A program made the position numbers and the translations under genes. The notes beneath the pieces were generated by a model that was not told the DNA's origin, made no database searches, and worked only from the letters and a program-made list of their open reading frames with translations. This document shows positions 36,276-49,627 of a stretch of DNA of 64,000 bases, one piece after another (position 1 is the stretch's first letter; each line of letters begins with the position of its first letter). This DNA comes from Octopus sinensis (taxonomy: Eukaryota): positions 46,500,001 through 46,564,000 of the forward strand of contig NC_043013.1 in the NCBI RefSeq assembly GCF_006345805.1, in the 5' to 3' direction.

Positions 36276-36848
36276 AAGCAAAATAAAACGGTTTCACTAG
36301 AAGTAGTGTTTACCAATAAAAGATAGCTCTTCGTTTTGGAAGATTAAGAAATGAGAAAATGCGGTTTTGGCTTTGATTCCCGCTGAGATAAATAGAAAGA
36401 GAAAGAAAGTGGTGGTGTTAAAAAAAAAAAAAGCAAAAAAGCTTGTTGAACCGGATAGTTAAGGAATGCGTTAGGATATGGCAGGATGGGCTGGAATACT
36501 TGGGCTGACCTTGTTGGTATAATTCTCTCACCCAGCGCTTTTGGGCGGAACCACTTGTCTCACACTTGCTGCGACAATCCGGTTACATCAAGAGCTGGTG
36601 ACCCACTTTCTCAGTCAACTTTTTATAACTGACACATTTTAGACAGTCGACTACTGAACTAAACAGCAATTCAAATAAACCCTTTCTCTGAGAACGTAGC
36701 AGCCATCTACGTTTATACCATACAAAATATTTGTGGATGAAAATAAATAAATCTATATATTTTAGAGAATGGGACGTACAACTTAAGTCAAACGTTTGGT
36801 TTACACTTATCACATTGCCATGTAGATGGATGAATACTTTGATATGTT

Positions 36849-36968
36849 ACAGGATAAACCTATGGTTTTAAAGCCGACACTGCGTGTGTAAATTAATTAG
36901 GCTTAATTAAATATAATAATTAATTTACACACGCAGTGCCCGGCTTTAAAACTGTAGGTTTACCATGT
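36849..36968. repeat. Imperfect inverted repeat (about 50-bp arms, 17-nt spacer)
   Basis: TAAACCTATGGTTTTAAAGCCGACACTGCGTGTGTAAATTAATTA versus TAATTAATTTACACACGCAGTGCCCGGCTTTAAAACTGTAGGTTTA. Confidence 0.92.
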
Positions 36969-37100
36969 ATATTATAAACAGAAAAGAAACATTCTCACAC
37001 GTCAATAATTCGTAGATGAACTATATATAAATGTGATAATACAATTCGGTATTGAGTGGCACTAATGTATGTACGTTTGCATGCTATAGTATCTAGTTGA

Positions 37101-37131
<31 letters not shown>

Positions 37132-37423
37132 GAGAGAGAGTAATTAAAAGGAAATAAACTAAAAGAAAGAAAACAGAATAGCCAGTAGCACGACTTTGGA
37201 CAACAAAGCAATGAACGTTATAGTAAATACAAGATATGTTCTCGATTTATTGAAATTGCCTCCGTTCTTATTCTATAGAAATACAAACACGTAATTGCTT
37301 CTGCGACGGGCTGCGAATGGGAAAGGGAAATATTTCATTAATCTCAAGGAATCGACAATTCTCTGCAGTCGATATGTCATTAAGGCGAAGACGGTATGCT
37401 TTTCTTTATATACAACCGAACAC

Positions 37424-37466
37424 CTGAGAACACGTGTTTCTACCTCGCTATGCCTCATCAGCACAG
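37424..37466 (-). ncRNA. Type I hammerhead-like motif with intact CTGATGA/GAAA core
   Basis: Minus strand: ctgtg CTGATGA ggcatagcgaggta GAAA cacgtg TT ctcag; palindromic stem III, stem I 4 of 5 paired, stem II weak. Confidence 0.45.
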
Positions 37467-37617
37467 CAACTGTCCTCGATTGACCGCCAGATGTATATAT
37501 ATATTGGCCTGTTCGCTTAGCCAGCAGGGTGGCGTCATTCGAAAGCTAAAACAAAGCGAACGCGTTGTGACCAGCGATGTGTCGCAACATCTGATGGTCT
37601 GGTTGGTCACGTGATCT

Positions 37618-37699
<82 letters not shown>

Positions 37700-38489
37700 C
37701 ATAAAGAACAGAGAATATTTGCATAACTAAATGAAAATAAACAAGAAAAAGCTTAGGGTGGTCTTTGGGATGAATTTGCACGAGTCAAAAAGAAGTATCA
37801 GTGGCTGCGAAGTCACGACCTGCTAAGCCAACATCAAACTGTTGTACGTTTGAATTCACTTTGGTTTTATATAATATATTAAGTTAAAATTTCCTGGGAT
37901 TGGTGGAGCTCTGTTGAATGATAACTAGGTTATAGGGTCGGGCGTGACAGAAGAATTTCAGTGGTTAAATTTGGAGTTGATTAATTATTCAGAGTTCAGT
38001 CATGCATGAAGAACTTTGAAATCAGGTGTGTTTAGGTATGTCAGCTTCAGTCTTGGGGGGTTGTTTAATTAGGGGTTCACAAAAGAATATAGGTAGGTAA
38101 AAAGGTCAGTTGGTTAGTATATGAGTCACTAGTGTAAGGCTTTGCTGATTTTGTTTGGATACTAATGGGGGATCTATCTAGGACTAAATTACGCAGGCAA
38201 TTTTCCACCCCTTGCTAGTTGCATAATCAGCAACCACAAACCTACAACCCACACCCCTGCCATCAACATCAACAGTAACAACAATAACAAAACAACAACA
38301 AACTTCGCCGAGGCGATAAAAGAAAAGGTAACAAAAGTTTCGTTTACTACACAACAGATTAAAGATTGCAGAAACCTTATTACAAATCAAAACGGAAAAA
38401 TACTCTTACACATCCTCAGCACATACTGAATGAGGAGAAAAAAAAGACAATTGTATATAAAATCACAAATAAAAAAACAAAAAGTCCAG

Positions 38490-38657
38490 AAAAGGCAAGC
38501 ACAGACAAAGTCGAAAAGTGCTTACGCCCCATCTGGGGATACAAGGATTGTGTGACTTGGGCGAACAAGTTCGCACACGTACAGGTGGTTTTTCAGAATG
38601 AAGAGTTGGCGAAGAAATTCTCAACGATAACCCTTCATTCTGACGAACTAACGTTGA
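38490..38657 (+). pseudogene. Possible LINE ORF1 fragment (L1/Tx1-like) running into the gap
   Basis: Open frame DKVEKCLRPIWGYKDCVTWANKFAHVQVVFQNEELAKKFSTITLHSDELTL; resemblance to Tx1-type ORF1 is recalled, not verified. Confidence 0.4.
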
Positions 38658-38757
38658 NNNNNNNNNNNNNNNNNNNNNNNNNNNNNNNNNNNNNNNNNNN
38701 NNNNNNNNNNNNNNNNNNNNNNNNNNNNNNNNNNNNNNNNNNNNNNNNNNNNNNNNN
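38658..38757. other. Assembly gap (100 N)
   Basis: Run of N. Confidence 1.
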
Positions 38758-38998
38758 TGTATGTGGTGAGTATGCATGTGTGTGTGTGTGTGTATGTCGG
38801 TGAGTATGCATGTGTGTGTGTGTGTGTGTAAGTCGGTGAGTATGCATGTGTGTGTGTGTGTGTATGTCGGTGAGTATGCATGTGTGTGTGTGTGTGTGTA
38901 AGTCGGTGAGTATGCATGTGTGTGTGTGTGTGTATGTCGGTGAGTATGCATGTGTGTGTGTGTGTGTGTGTAAGTCGGTGAGTATGCATGTGTGTGCG
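38758..38998. repeat. Minisatellite, unit about 31-35 bp: GTCGGTGAGTATGCA(TG)n plus TAT or TAA
   Basis: About 7 units adjoining the gap, mostly alternating TATGTCGG and TAAGTCGG. Confidence 0.92.
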
Positions 38999-39584
38999 TG
39001 TGCTTGTGCGTGTGTGACAGAGTGTATATGTGTTTGTATGTGTGCGTGAACTATTATATAAAATCTCCAGGCAAAGTAATTTTTTCCATGAATATTGTTT
39101 TATTTAACCTCATTTTAAGGTAATTATTTTTCTTTTGGAAATTAGTATTAATTTCATCATTTTGTTATAAGCTCCAAGAAAGTGGACAGAAGTTAAATCA
39201 TAATTATTGCACGTGTGTCATATTTCCTGATATTTATTAGCCATAGTGGCTAAAGTATATTTCCTCTGTCACTCATATGTCAGTTAATATTTCAGTACAC
39301 ACACACACACCACACACACACTCACACCACAACACACACACACACACGCACACACACACAACACACATTCACACACACACACCACACACACACACGCACA
39401 CAATATATACATACATTCACACAATATATACATACATTCACACAATATATATACATACATACATACATATATACATGTATGCATACATACATGCATACAC
39501 ATTTATTAAACTGTCTAAAACTTTCGGTCTTAGATAAACTTATGTAATTTAGCGACCGAATAAAAAAAAAATCTATGCATATAA

Positions 39585-40240
<656 letters not shown>

Positions 40241-40685
40241 CGAAGGCGACCTTCTTTTAATGATAACTGGGTGCATACCGGTATGCTGTCACAGATATAC
40301 GCCCAAATTTATTATTGTTTGTACTTAACAAAAGAAATAAATTACCTTTACTCGTATGTAGGCCCTTTAACATCTCAGCACTCTGTAGCAAACTTCTTAG
40401 GTATAGTTACTTACAAAAGCAAAGAAATTTGTTACAGAAAGTATTTTTGTTTGGCAGCTAGGGAAGGGTTGCAAAATGATAGTCAGGTTGGTAGACAAAC
40501 AGACATATATATACAGATACTTGATGTATGTTTTGTTTATAAAAATTGAGAGCAATCTATCTACGTGGACTTCATGAAACGTTCAGTTTCAAACGCTGAG
40601 AACGATAACGAATACGACAAACCCGGAGAAGGCGACAACAGCCCAAAATGTTGTGGCCATAAGAATTAAGACGAGGAAAATAGTG

Positions 40686-41114
40686 GGATCTTTTCGGTTT
40701 GAACGGCAGTTTTTAACATAATCTCTCGGTAGCTAAAACATTTTAAACTTCGTATACTGGTAGAATGTGTTTATAAAACATCTTTTTCTCGTGGTTTTAT
40801 TGAGAAAATTCTATAGTTTGTAAGATATTTGTTGCTTTTTTTTCTTCAATTTCTGCAATTTCAACCAATCAATGACGTCCATTGAGGTAAAAAAAACAGT
40901 CTGTGCCGTATGAATATGTCCCTCGTTTAAGAAACAGATTGGGTTTATTTACATTTGTGAAGAAAAAAAGATACCATCCCCCACCCCCACCCCTACCCTA
41001 ACCCTAACCCTAAAACAGATTGAAATGCAATGGATCGATACTAGGGTCATAATTATGGGTGACAATTTCATATGACACCGCTAGAAAAAACTGGTGGTCA
41101 AACCGAAAAGATTC
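40686..41114. mobile_element. Second copy of the telomere-repeat MITE, perfect 8-bp TSD
   Basis: Same TIR and body as 25441-25901; AAATAGTG at 40678-40685 and 41115-41122; shorter (CCCTAA) tract at about 40991-41013. Confidence 0.92.
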
Positions 41115-41339
41115 AAATAGTGTTTAAAAATTACATTTGTTTATATTTATCTGTTATTCTGCAACAAGTTTTGCTTCTACATGGTTCTTCGAATAATGAT
41201 CCCTACTTTACCGATATATATAATATAATATATATATATATAATATATAATATATATATATATATATTCTTAAAATATAAACAGAGACAAATTGTTTCTT
41301 AAACTATGAATTATGTGCTCTCATTGCTTTAAGTATTTT

Positions 41340-41565
41340 CCGTATTGGTTTCAAATTAATTTTGGCACAAAGCCAGCAATTCCAAGGGAGGGAATAAGTC
41401 GATTCATTCGTCCTCCAATGCCCCACTGGTACGTATTTTATCGACCACGAGAAGATAAAGGACAAAGTCGACTTCGGCGGAATTTGAACTCAGAACATAA
41501 AGACGGACGAAATGTCGCTAAGCGCCTTATCCGACGTGCTAACAATTCTGCAAATTTGCTGCTTC
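41340..41565 (-). mobile_element. SINE-A
   Basis: Head, body and tail present. Confidence 0.82.
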
Positions 41566-41578
41566 ACGCATTTTAATT

Positions 41579-42139
41579 ATTCTTTTCTACTCTAGGTACA
41601 AGGCCAAGATTATTTTTGGGGAGGGGGGCAGTTGATTAAATCGACACCAGTATACAACTGGTACTTAATTTATCGACCCCGAAAGGATAAAAGGCAATTT
41701 GCACTCAATACGTAAAGATCGACGAAATGCCTATTTCTTTACTAGCCACAAGGGGTTAAACACAGAGAGGACAAACAAGGACAGACAAACGGATTAAGTC
41801 GATTATATCGACCCCAGTGCGTAACTGGTACTTATTTAATCGACCCCGAAAGGATGAAAGGCAAAGTCGACCTCGGCGGAATTTGAACTCAGAACGTGAC
41901 GGCAGATGAAATACCTATTTCTTTACTACCCACAAGGGGCTAAACACAGAGGGGACAAACAAGGACAGACAAACGGATGAAGTCGATTACATCGACCCCA
42001 GTGCGTAACTGGTAGTTATTTAATCGACCCCGAAAGGATGAAAGGCAAAAGTCGACCTCAGCGGAATTTGAACTCAGAACGTGACGGTAGATGAAATACT
42101 GCTAAACATTTCGCACGGCGAGATAACGTTTTGCCGCCT
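41579..42139 (-). mobile_element. Tandem array: SINE-A body plus two SINE-B units, single head
   Basis: Junctions GAAATGCC|TATTTC (41724) and GAAATACC|TATTTC (41908). Confidence 0.88.
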
Positions 42140-42292
42140 TACGTATTTTAATTATTACTGTGTGCATTCGTTTTTTGTATTACGTATTTTTGCACATGCG
42201 TAGCCATTAAATGGTGATTTGTACTCTTTTGTCCGTGTGGCTGCATTAGTGCAAAATATTGAAACTTGTAGTCGTACTGTAAATCTTTTATC

Positions 42293-42515
42293 TTTTATCT
42301 TTTGTTTGTTTCAGTCATTAGACTGCGCCCATTCTGGGGCACCGCCTTGGAGAATTTTTAGTTGAAGGAATCGACCTCAGTACTGTTTTTAAAGCCTGGT
42401 ACGTATTCTATCAATCACTTTGCCGGACTGAGGACGTAAACACACCAATATATCGTGGTCAAGCGGTGGTGGGGACAAACACAGCCACAAAGACACAAAC
42501 ACACACACACACATA

Positions 42516-42581
<66 letters not shown>

Positions 42582-42668
42582 CTATATATGTATATATGTA
42601 TATATATGTATGTATATATAGGTATGTATATATATGTATGTATATATATATGTATATAATATATATAT

Positions 42669-42699
<31 letters not shown>

Positions 42700-42887
42700 T
42701 TGTACGTATGTATATATATACAAAGGGCTTCTTTTCGGTTTCCGTCAATCAAATCCACTCACAAGGCTTTGGTCGGTCGGAGGCTATAGTAGAAAACACT
42801 TGCCCAAGGTGTTACGCTGTGGGACTGAACCCGGAACCATGTGGTTGGGAAACAGGCTTCTTTACTACACAGCTATGCCTGCGCCTA
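42293..42887 (-). mobile_element. SINE-C with expanded internal microsatellite
   Basis: Internal CA/CT/TA tract of about 230 bp between the two conserved halves. Confidence 0.82.
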
Positions 42888-43032
42888 TGAACTTCCACTT
42901 ATTCTTGAGCGTAAACAATACAAGCACAAATATACACTTAATAGGAACGCACGCACACGTGTGTGTGAGATTTCACAGAGATCGATTAAATATCTACCAA
43001 AATGAAATAAGTAGTTTTAAGTGGTGACAAAT

Positions 43033-43259
43033 GTTGGTGTCAAATCTTGGTACAGGACCAATAATTTCGAGTGGAGCTGGTAGGAGAGGGTAAATCCATT
43101 ATATCGATCTTAGTGCTCAAATGGTACTTATTTTATCGATCCCGAAGGAATGAAAAGCAAAGTCAACGTCAGCGGAATTTGAACTCAGAACGTAAAGACG
43201 GACGAAATGCAGTTAAAAATTTTAGCCGGCGTGCTTAACGGTTCTGTTAGCTCGCCGCC
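43033..43259 (-). mobile_element. SINE-A
   Basis: Head, body and tail present. Confidence 0.82.
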
Positions 43260-43822
43260 TTAGTGAAAATGAACATTACGTTATGTATGTGTGTATGTAG
43301 ATATAGACAGATAGATAGATAAACTGATCGATAGATAACATAAATTGGCCCACTATTCGTAAGCAGTAAATGCCGAACAATAAGATATAACGCATTGAAA
43401 GCCATAGACTAAAAGCACAACTATTGTATACATACTGTATTGCGTGTGATATCGCTTAGCGATTTCACAGAGATCGATTAAATATCTACCAAAATGAAAT
43501 ACGTTCGAGCTCAGTATGATCGACCATAGGCTCTTGAAAGCGATGCCCTATTCTGGCCACAGTTCACTGACTGAAGCGATTAAACGAATATAACGTTTCT
43601 CTGCCTTTTATGTGAGATGAAAGTTTATATCTCTGAATTGCTGTTATCTGTTTGGCGTAGCTTGAATTTGATATCGAAATTGATAACGAGGAAGAATGAT
43701 GGCACATTGATTAACGTACAGATGCACAGGCTTGACTTACTAAACTAATTACCTTGGATTAGACTTAGATGTTACCTAGCAACAAACTTGTTTTAATTGG
43801 TGATATTAAAGGTTTTCTTAAA

Positions 43823-44271
43823 GCGGCGATCTGGCGGAGCCGTTAGTACGCCGGACAAAATGCTTAGTGGCATATCGTTCGTCTTCCCTTTCTGCGTTCA
43901 AATTCCGCCGAGGTTAACTTTCCCCTTTCAACCTTTCGGGATTGATAAAATAAGTAACAATCAAGCACTAGTGTCGAAGTAATCGACTTAACCCTCCCCA
44001 GAAATTGCTGGCATCGAGCCAAAATTTGAAACCAATGTTAAAGCTTTTCTTAAAGCGATGAGCTGGCAGAATCGTTGGCACGCAGGGTAGAATTCTTAGC
44101 GGTATTTCATTCATCTTTACGTTCTGCGTTGAAAGTTCACCGATTTCGTCTTTGCATTTCATCCTTTCTGGGTCGATAAAATAAGAACCAGTTGAATATT
44201 GAGTTCGATGTAATTGACGAGGTCCGTCACCCGAAATTGCTGGCTTTGTGCCAAAATTTGAAATCAATATT
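43823..44271 (+). mobile_element. Two tandem SINE-A copies bracketed by three copies of one spacer
   Basis: ATATTAAAGGTTTTCT-like spacer at 43803, 44035 and 44267. Confidence 0.82.
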
Positions 44272-46154
44272 AAAGGTTTTCTCTGCCTTTGAGCATGATT
44301 GTTCTCTTTGACAAAAATGTTCCATTCTGTTAGCTCCACAGTAACACTTCATGAATCTTCTTTGGAAACTTCAAGGATGGGACATTGGAGAAGCTTCTAC
44401 GAGGACGGTATTCATACTAGAAATAGTATCAGAATATCCCTCATATCACACTTTACCCTCCTGGAAGAACTTTACGTATTAATCAATGTTATACACAATT
44501 TCAAAAGTCTGGGATAGACACAGGTGGATCGCTTGTAATTATTGATCTACTCAATCAATGCGAGTGATCTAATCAATCACTGCGAGAATGCTTGTCTTGT
44601 AAGAATATGGATCTGGAAAGTTCCCCACGAAGACTCAAACTCGAGCAAAGTTTATTGACAGAAGACCAGCACTTGCCATTTCATTGTAAATCTCTTCACT
44701 CTGTGTTATCCATATTGTTTAAAGGGAAGCAAAAGACGATGCCATCAGAACGCAAAGAGCTCGGTTCAGATAAGTTAAATTATCATTCGGAACTGTTCAT
44801 TCTAAAGATATTTACACTTATCCTTTTAATTGTTCTGTTCTCTCTCCAATACAGCAATGCCAAATTTTACCTTATCTTATAATATTAAGTAAAATTAGTC
44901 GTTATCTAAACCTAGGTCAGCCTTGATCCAGAAGAAAGATGTTCCCACCAAACCATCTTGATACATATTTTGGTTATCTAGCATGTATGTAAAACTAATG
45001 TAGCGACTGTTTCCTTCCTTTTTGAAGACTAGAATGTAAATTGCTGCTATTAGAGACTCTATAGTTTGTTTGTTAAGACGACATTGTTATTGGAAAGCGA
45101 GTTTGTATTGAGGCTAAGGTCTTGATAATCCAAGAAACATGAAACAACAGACTGAAGCTGTTAATTTGCAAAGAGAACAACGAATATCCCTTTATAGATT
45201 ATATTGTTGTTTCCTTCTCTCCCACCCGAATCAGCCATGATTGGGTGGCTTGTGTCTAAAGGAACTCCAACCATTCGTTCTCCAGGTATTGTGTACCTCG
45301 GAATACATTACCTAACGTGTTTGTGAAGAGGTGGATCGTAGTTGGAGGAAGATTTGTTTATCGCTTCAAACTGGTTTGGCAGACACGCGGGGTTCTTTGT
45401 TGTTATTCCTGGTGTTGTTATTTAACTATAAATTAAACATTGCAGAATAGAACTTTGAAGAAAGACGTTCCGGCCATGAGCACCACAGCTTTTTGGATAT
45501 CAAGGACATGCCATAGCTAAAGTGTGACCATTCAGTGCTTATTTTAAATAATGTGCATTAGATTCCGTTATTTAATGTGCTTTGAATTTTAAGAAGCTAG
45601 GGTGTAATTTGAGGGAGACTTGGCTGTTATTTCTTACGGCTCTGGCAACCATTCAGAAGATCTCTAGTTGGTTTGATATCAGTTATGTATATTGTACATG
45701 TGGGGAAAAGTTTCCTCGTCCAAATTAGCTTGACCTTTCATTGCCAGACTTAACGCACTCATTAGCATTTAAGCGACGCCAAGGTGCTCGCGATTCCGAT
45801 GGACGAACTGCAACAGCAATAAGAACAACAACAACAGCAGCAGTAGCATCATCATCATCATCAGCAGCAGCAGCAGCAGCAATATTATCAACAACAGCGA
45901 CAACAACAGCATAGCTACACTGAGAGAAGCGGTCAACTAAATGCATGTATTTGAAAGTAATATTAAATGTAAATAAAAATAATGCTATATGTAAGTTTAT
46001 ACGTAAATAAATATAGGTACAGAAATTAATAATACTAATGAGGTTTGAATTTTAAATAAGTTGGGTTTTAACTTTATTTTGAAGAGTCATTTGCTACAGA
46101 CGCTTGTAGATGTACGTATGTTTATATTCATAGATGTGTGTGGTTATGTATAAA

Positions 46155-47148
46155 CTAGCTGACGTACTCGGTAATTACCGGGAAAGCGGGGACAATTCCT
46201 TGGTTCCGTTCTCATAATTGCTTCGCTAATCCAATAACAGCAATACAAAGTACGTAGCCCTTAAAACGGTTTTTGCGCATTTACAGAGAATACTGAACTG
46301 TCTTACACAAGATCTTGATTTTAGGAATTCCCAATAAGTTATGACCATCCAAATTGTGATCGGAAATGAATTTTGAAGTGATCATAGTGTTACAGTGAGG
46401 ATCTGATCAATGACTTTGGAATTTTTATAAAAAAAAAGGAAAGCGTTTCAAATATAGAATTGGCTGTGTGGTAAGTAGTTGGCTTTCCAACCACATGGTT
46501 CCGGGTTCAGTCCCACTGCGTGACATCTTGGGCAAGCGTCTTCTGCTATAGCCTCGGGTTGACCAAAGCCTTGTGAGTGGATATGGTAGACGGAAACTGA
46601 AAGAAGCCTGTCGTATATATGTATATATATATGTATGTATGTGTGTGTATATGTTTGTGTGTCTGTGTTTGTCCCCCTAGCATTGCTTGACAACCGATGC
46701 TGGTGTGTTTACGTCCCCGTCACTTAGCGGTTCGGCAAAAGTGACCGATAGAATAAGTACTGGGCTTACAAAGAATAAGTCCCGGGGTCGATTTGCTCGA
46801 CTAAAGGCGGTACTCCAGCATGGCTGCAGTCAAATGACTGAAACAAGTAAAAGAGTAAAAGAGTACGTAACCCTTAAAACGGTTTTTGTGCATTTACAGA
46901 GAATACTGAACTGTCTTGATTTTAGGAATTCCCAATAAGTTATGACTATCCAAATTGTGATCGGAAATAAATTTTGAAGTGATCGTAGTGTTACAGTGAG
47001 GATCTGATCAATGACTTTGGAATTTTTTTTTAAAAAAAGAGGGAAAGCGTTTCAAATATAAACAAAATGGTAGTATACAAAAAGGAACATTATTTTCATC
47101 TTATTGTTAGTTTTCTTTCAGTTTGAAAAATAAAAGTTTATTGTAAGA
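46155..47148 (-). mobile_element. Possible second Helitron family (3' end supported, 5' end tentative)
   Basis: Minus strand: palindrome CGGTAATTACCG (46169-46180) 10 nt before CTAG|T; candidate A|TC start at 47148. Confidence 0.4.
46457..46864 (+). mobile_element. SINE-C flanked by a ~200-bp direct duplication
   Basis: 46249-46456 repeated at 46862-47060. Confidence 0.9.
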
Positions 47149-47184
47149 TGTATTATTATTTATATCTCAATTTATATATATATA

Positions 47185-47399
47185 TTCTCCTTTTACTTGT
47201 TTCAGTCATTTGACTGCGGCCATGCTGGAGCTCTGCCTTTAATCGAGCAACTCGACCCCAGGACTTATTCTTTTGTAAGCCCAGTACTTATTCTATCGGT
47301 CTCTTTTGCCGAACCGCTAAGTAGCGGGGGACATAAACACACCAGCATCGGTTGTCAAGCAATGCTAGGGGGACAAACACAGACACACAAACACATACA

Positions 47400-47441
<42 letters not shown>

Positions 47442-47608
47442 TACGACTGGCTTCTTTCAGTTTCCGTCTACCAAATCCACTCACAAGGCTTTGGTCGGTC
47501 CGAGGCTATAGTAGGAGATACTTGCCCAAGGTGCCACGCAGTGGGACTGAACCCGGAACCATGTGGTTAGTAAACAAGCTACTTACCACACAGCCACTCC
47601 TGCGCCTA
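47185..47608 (-). mobile_element. SINE-C, full length
   Basis: Complete head (TAGGCGCAGGAGTGGCTG on the minus strand) to tail. Confidence 0.9.
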
Positions 47609-48172
47609 TATATATATATATATATATGGGGACACCAAAATCTTTTAACGGCTTAGGGTCTCTCTGGGCATTAATCCAGCTCCTGACAAACCCTCTTCAT
47701 TAGTAAATCTGGCTGTGAACCTTCGTTTCCTGCTTACTCGAATTTTTCAGCTGATAGTTAATTGCAACCTAAACGCGATCCAACTACCTTAATCTTTGAA
47801 ATTTTTGTATTGCCGGTGACGAAATGACTAATCGTCAGAGTGTCGGAAGAAATCATTTGGGGTTATTTGCCCAACTTCTTTAATATTCTTAGTTGAAATC
47901 CCACCGGGACAACTTTGTCTTTCATGTTTTTGGGGTCGACAAAATAAAGTATCAGCCTAAATACAAGGGCTGATGTAACCCAGTAACCACCCTAAAAATT
48001 GTTGGCCTTGTCTCTAGATCAGTAAAAGAGAGACACGACACACACACATACGCTCGTGCACACACGAATATATATATGTATTCTTTTATTTGTTTGAGTT
48101 ATTCGACTGCGGCCATGCTGGAGTATCACAGTATATATATATTTATACACACACACATATATATATATAACA

Positions 48173-48571
48173 CTAGCAGTATCGCCCGGCGTTGCTCGGG
48201 TTTGTAAGGGAAATAACTATATAAGCATTTTTAGAGAGTTATAGCCAAAAAATAGCCAAAAAATGCATTAAAAATGGAAAAAAAAATGATGGTAAATTTT
48301 TTTTTAAATCGTTGACTTATCGTAGACATTTTTAGAGAGTTACTTCCCTTATATAATAGCGAAAAAAATGCATTAAAATGGAAAAAATGATGGTAAATTT
48401 TTTTAAAAATCGTAGACTCATCGTAGACGCGCGCTAATACCCAGAAGGGCTCGATATGAATCACGACTATAAGATACCCGGTTTGGGTTAAACTGCACCG
48501 CAAAATGTGGAAGTAGTTAGGAATCTAAATCGTAGGAGACAGACACACAACCTCTCTTTTATATATAAAGA
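48173..48571 (-). mobile_element. Non-autonomous Helitron, complete ends
   Basis: Minus strand A|TC...hairpin CCCGAGCAACGCCGGG...CTAG|T, no TSD; internal tandem duplication. Confidence 0.88.
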
Positions 48572-48923
48572 TATGGTATAATTATAAACAGGGCAAATTT
48601 TAGCTATTTCTCCGTAGACTGAAAAGAAATGATGAGAAACCTTTAATTGATTTTATAACCTTATTGGGTTCTCACCAGAGGCGACTACATCATTCTGACC
48701 ATCTCAATAGAAACTGGCAGCCAAACTGTTTATATACTCAACAAATGCAGCAGTTATTTTATGAAGGAGTCCCTAATTTGCATACCGAAAGTGTTTAATA
48801 CACACACACATACAAATACACACACACGCACACATTTACGAAAAATGAATACAAATGGCTTTTCTGATAATTTTTGCACTTTAATGTTTAAATGTTTATA
48901 AGTTATTAGGTGTTTACAAATGC

Positions 48924-48964
<41 letters not shown>

Positions 48965-48981
48965 ACACACACGCACACACA

Positions 48982-49150
48982 TATCGGTCTCTTTTGCCGA
49001 ACCGCTAAGTGACGGGGACGTAAACACACCAGCATCGGTTGTCAAGCAATGCTAGGGGGACAAACACAGACTCACAAACATACACACACACACACATATA
49101 TATATATACATATATACGACGGGCTTCTTTCAGTTCCGTCTACCAAATCC
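48982..49150 (-). repeat. Internal SINE-C segment copied from 49720-49890, lying in (CA)n
   Basis: Shares variants CAGACTCAC, CAGTTCCGTC and AAGTGACGGGG with the neighbouring copy. Confidence 0.85.
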
Positions 49151-49160
49151 CCACACACAC

Positions 49161-49196
<36 letters not shown>

Positions 49197-49288
49197 CATT
49201 TACGCATGCAAGTGTTAACACATCTAAATATATACACACACATACATGTATACTGATATACACACACAAATGTTATATGTATATATGC

Positions 49289-49341
<53 letters not shown>

Positions 49342-49627
49342 TACATACGCGCATATACACACGTGTACATATGTGAGTGTGTGTGTGTTTGCGTATGCAA
49401 ATTTCTATCGGTTACAAGATCCGTCTATCAGAAATATTTACCAAGTTGAGAAACTGGTTCAACAACAACATTTGTCATATTGAAATGTACCGTTATACGT
49501 AGCACTTAGATCTGATGATCCCCCGCCGACACCCACACGATCACTGACACGCCCTTTGTCTTTCAAATTGTCTTCCTACTTCTGTCTATTTCTTATCTTC
49601 ACCCTACATATATATATATATATATAT

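Noticed and set aside
37800-38190. Strand-skewed segment possibly from a Penelope RT
   Set aside because: Similarity too weak to call by eye.
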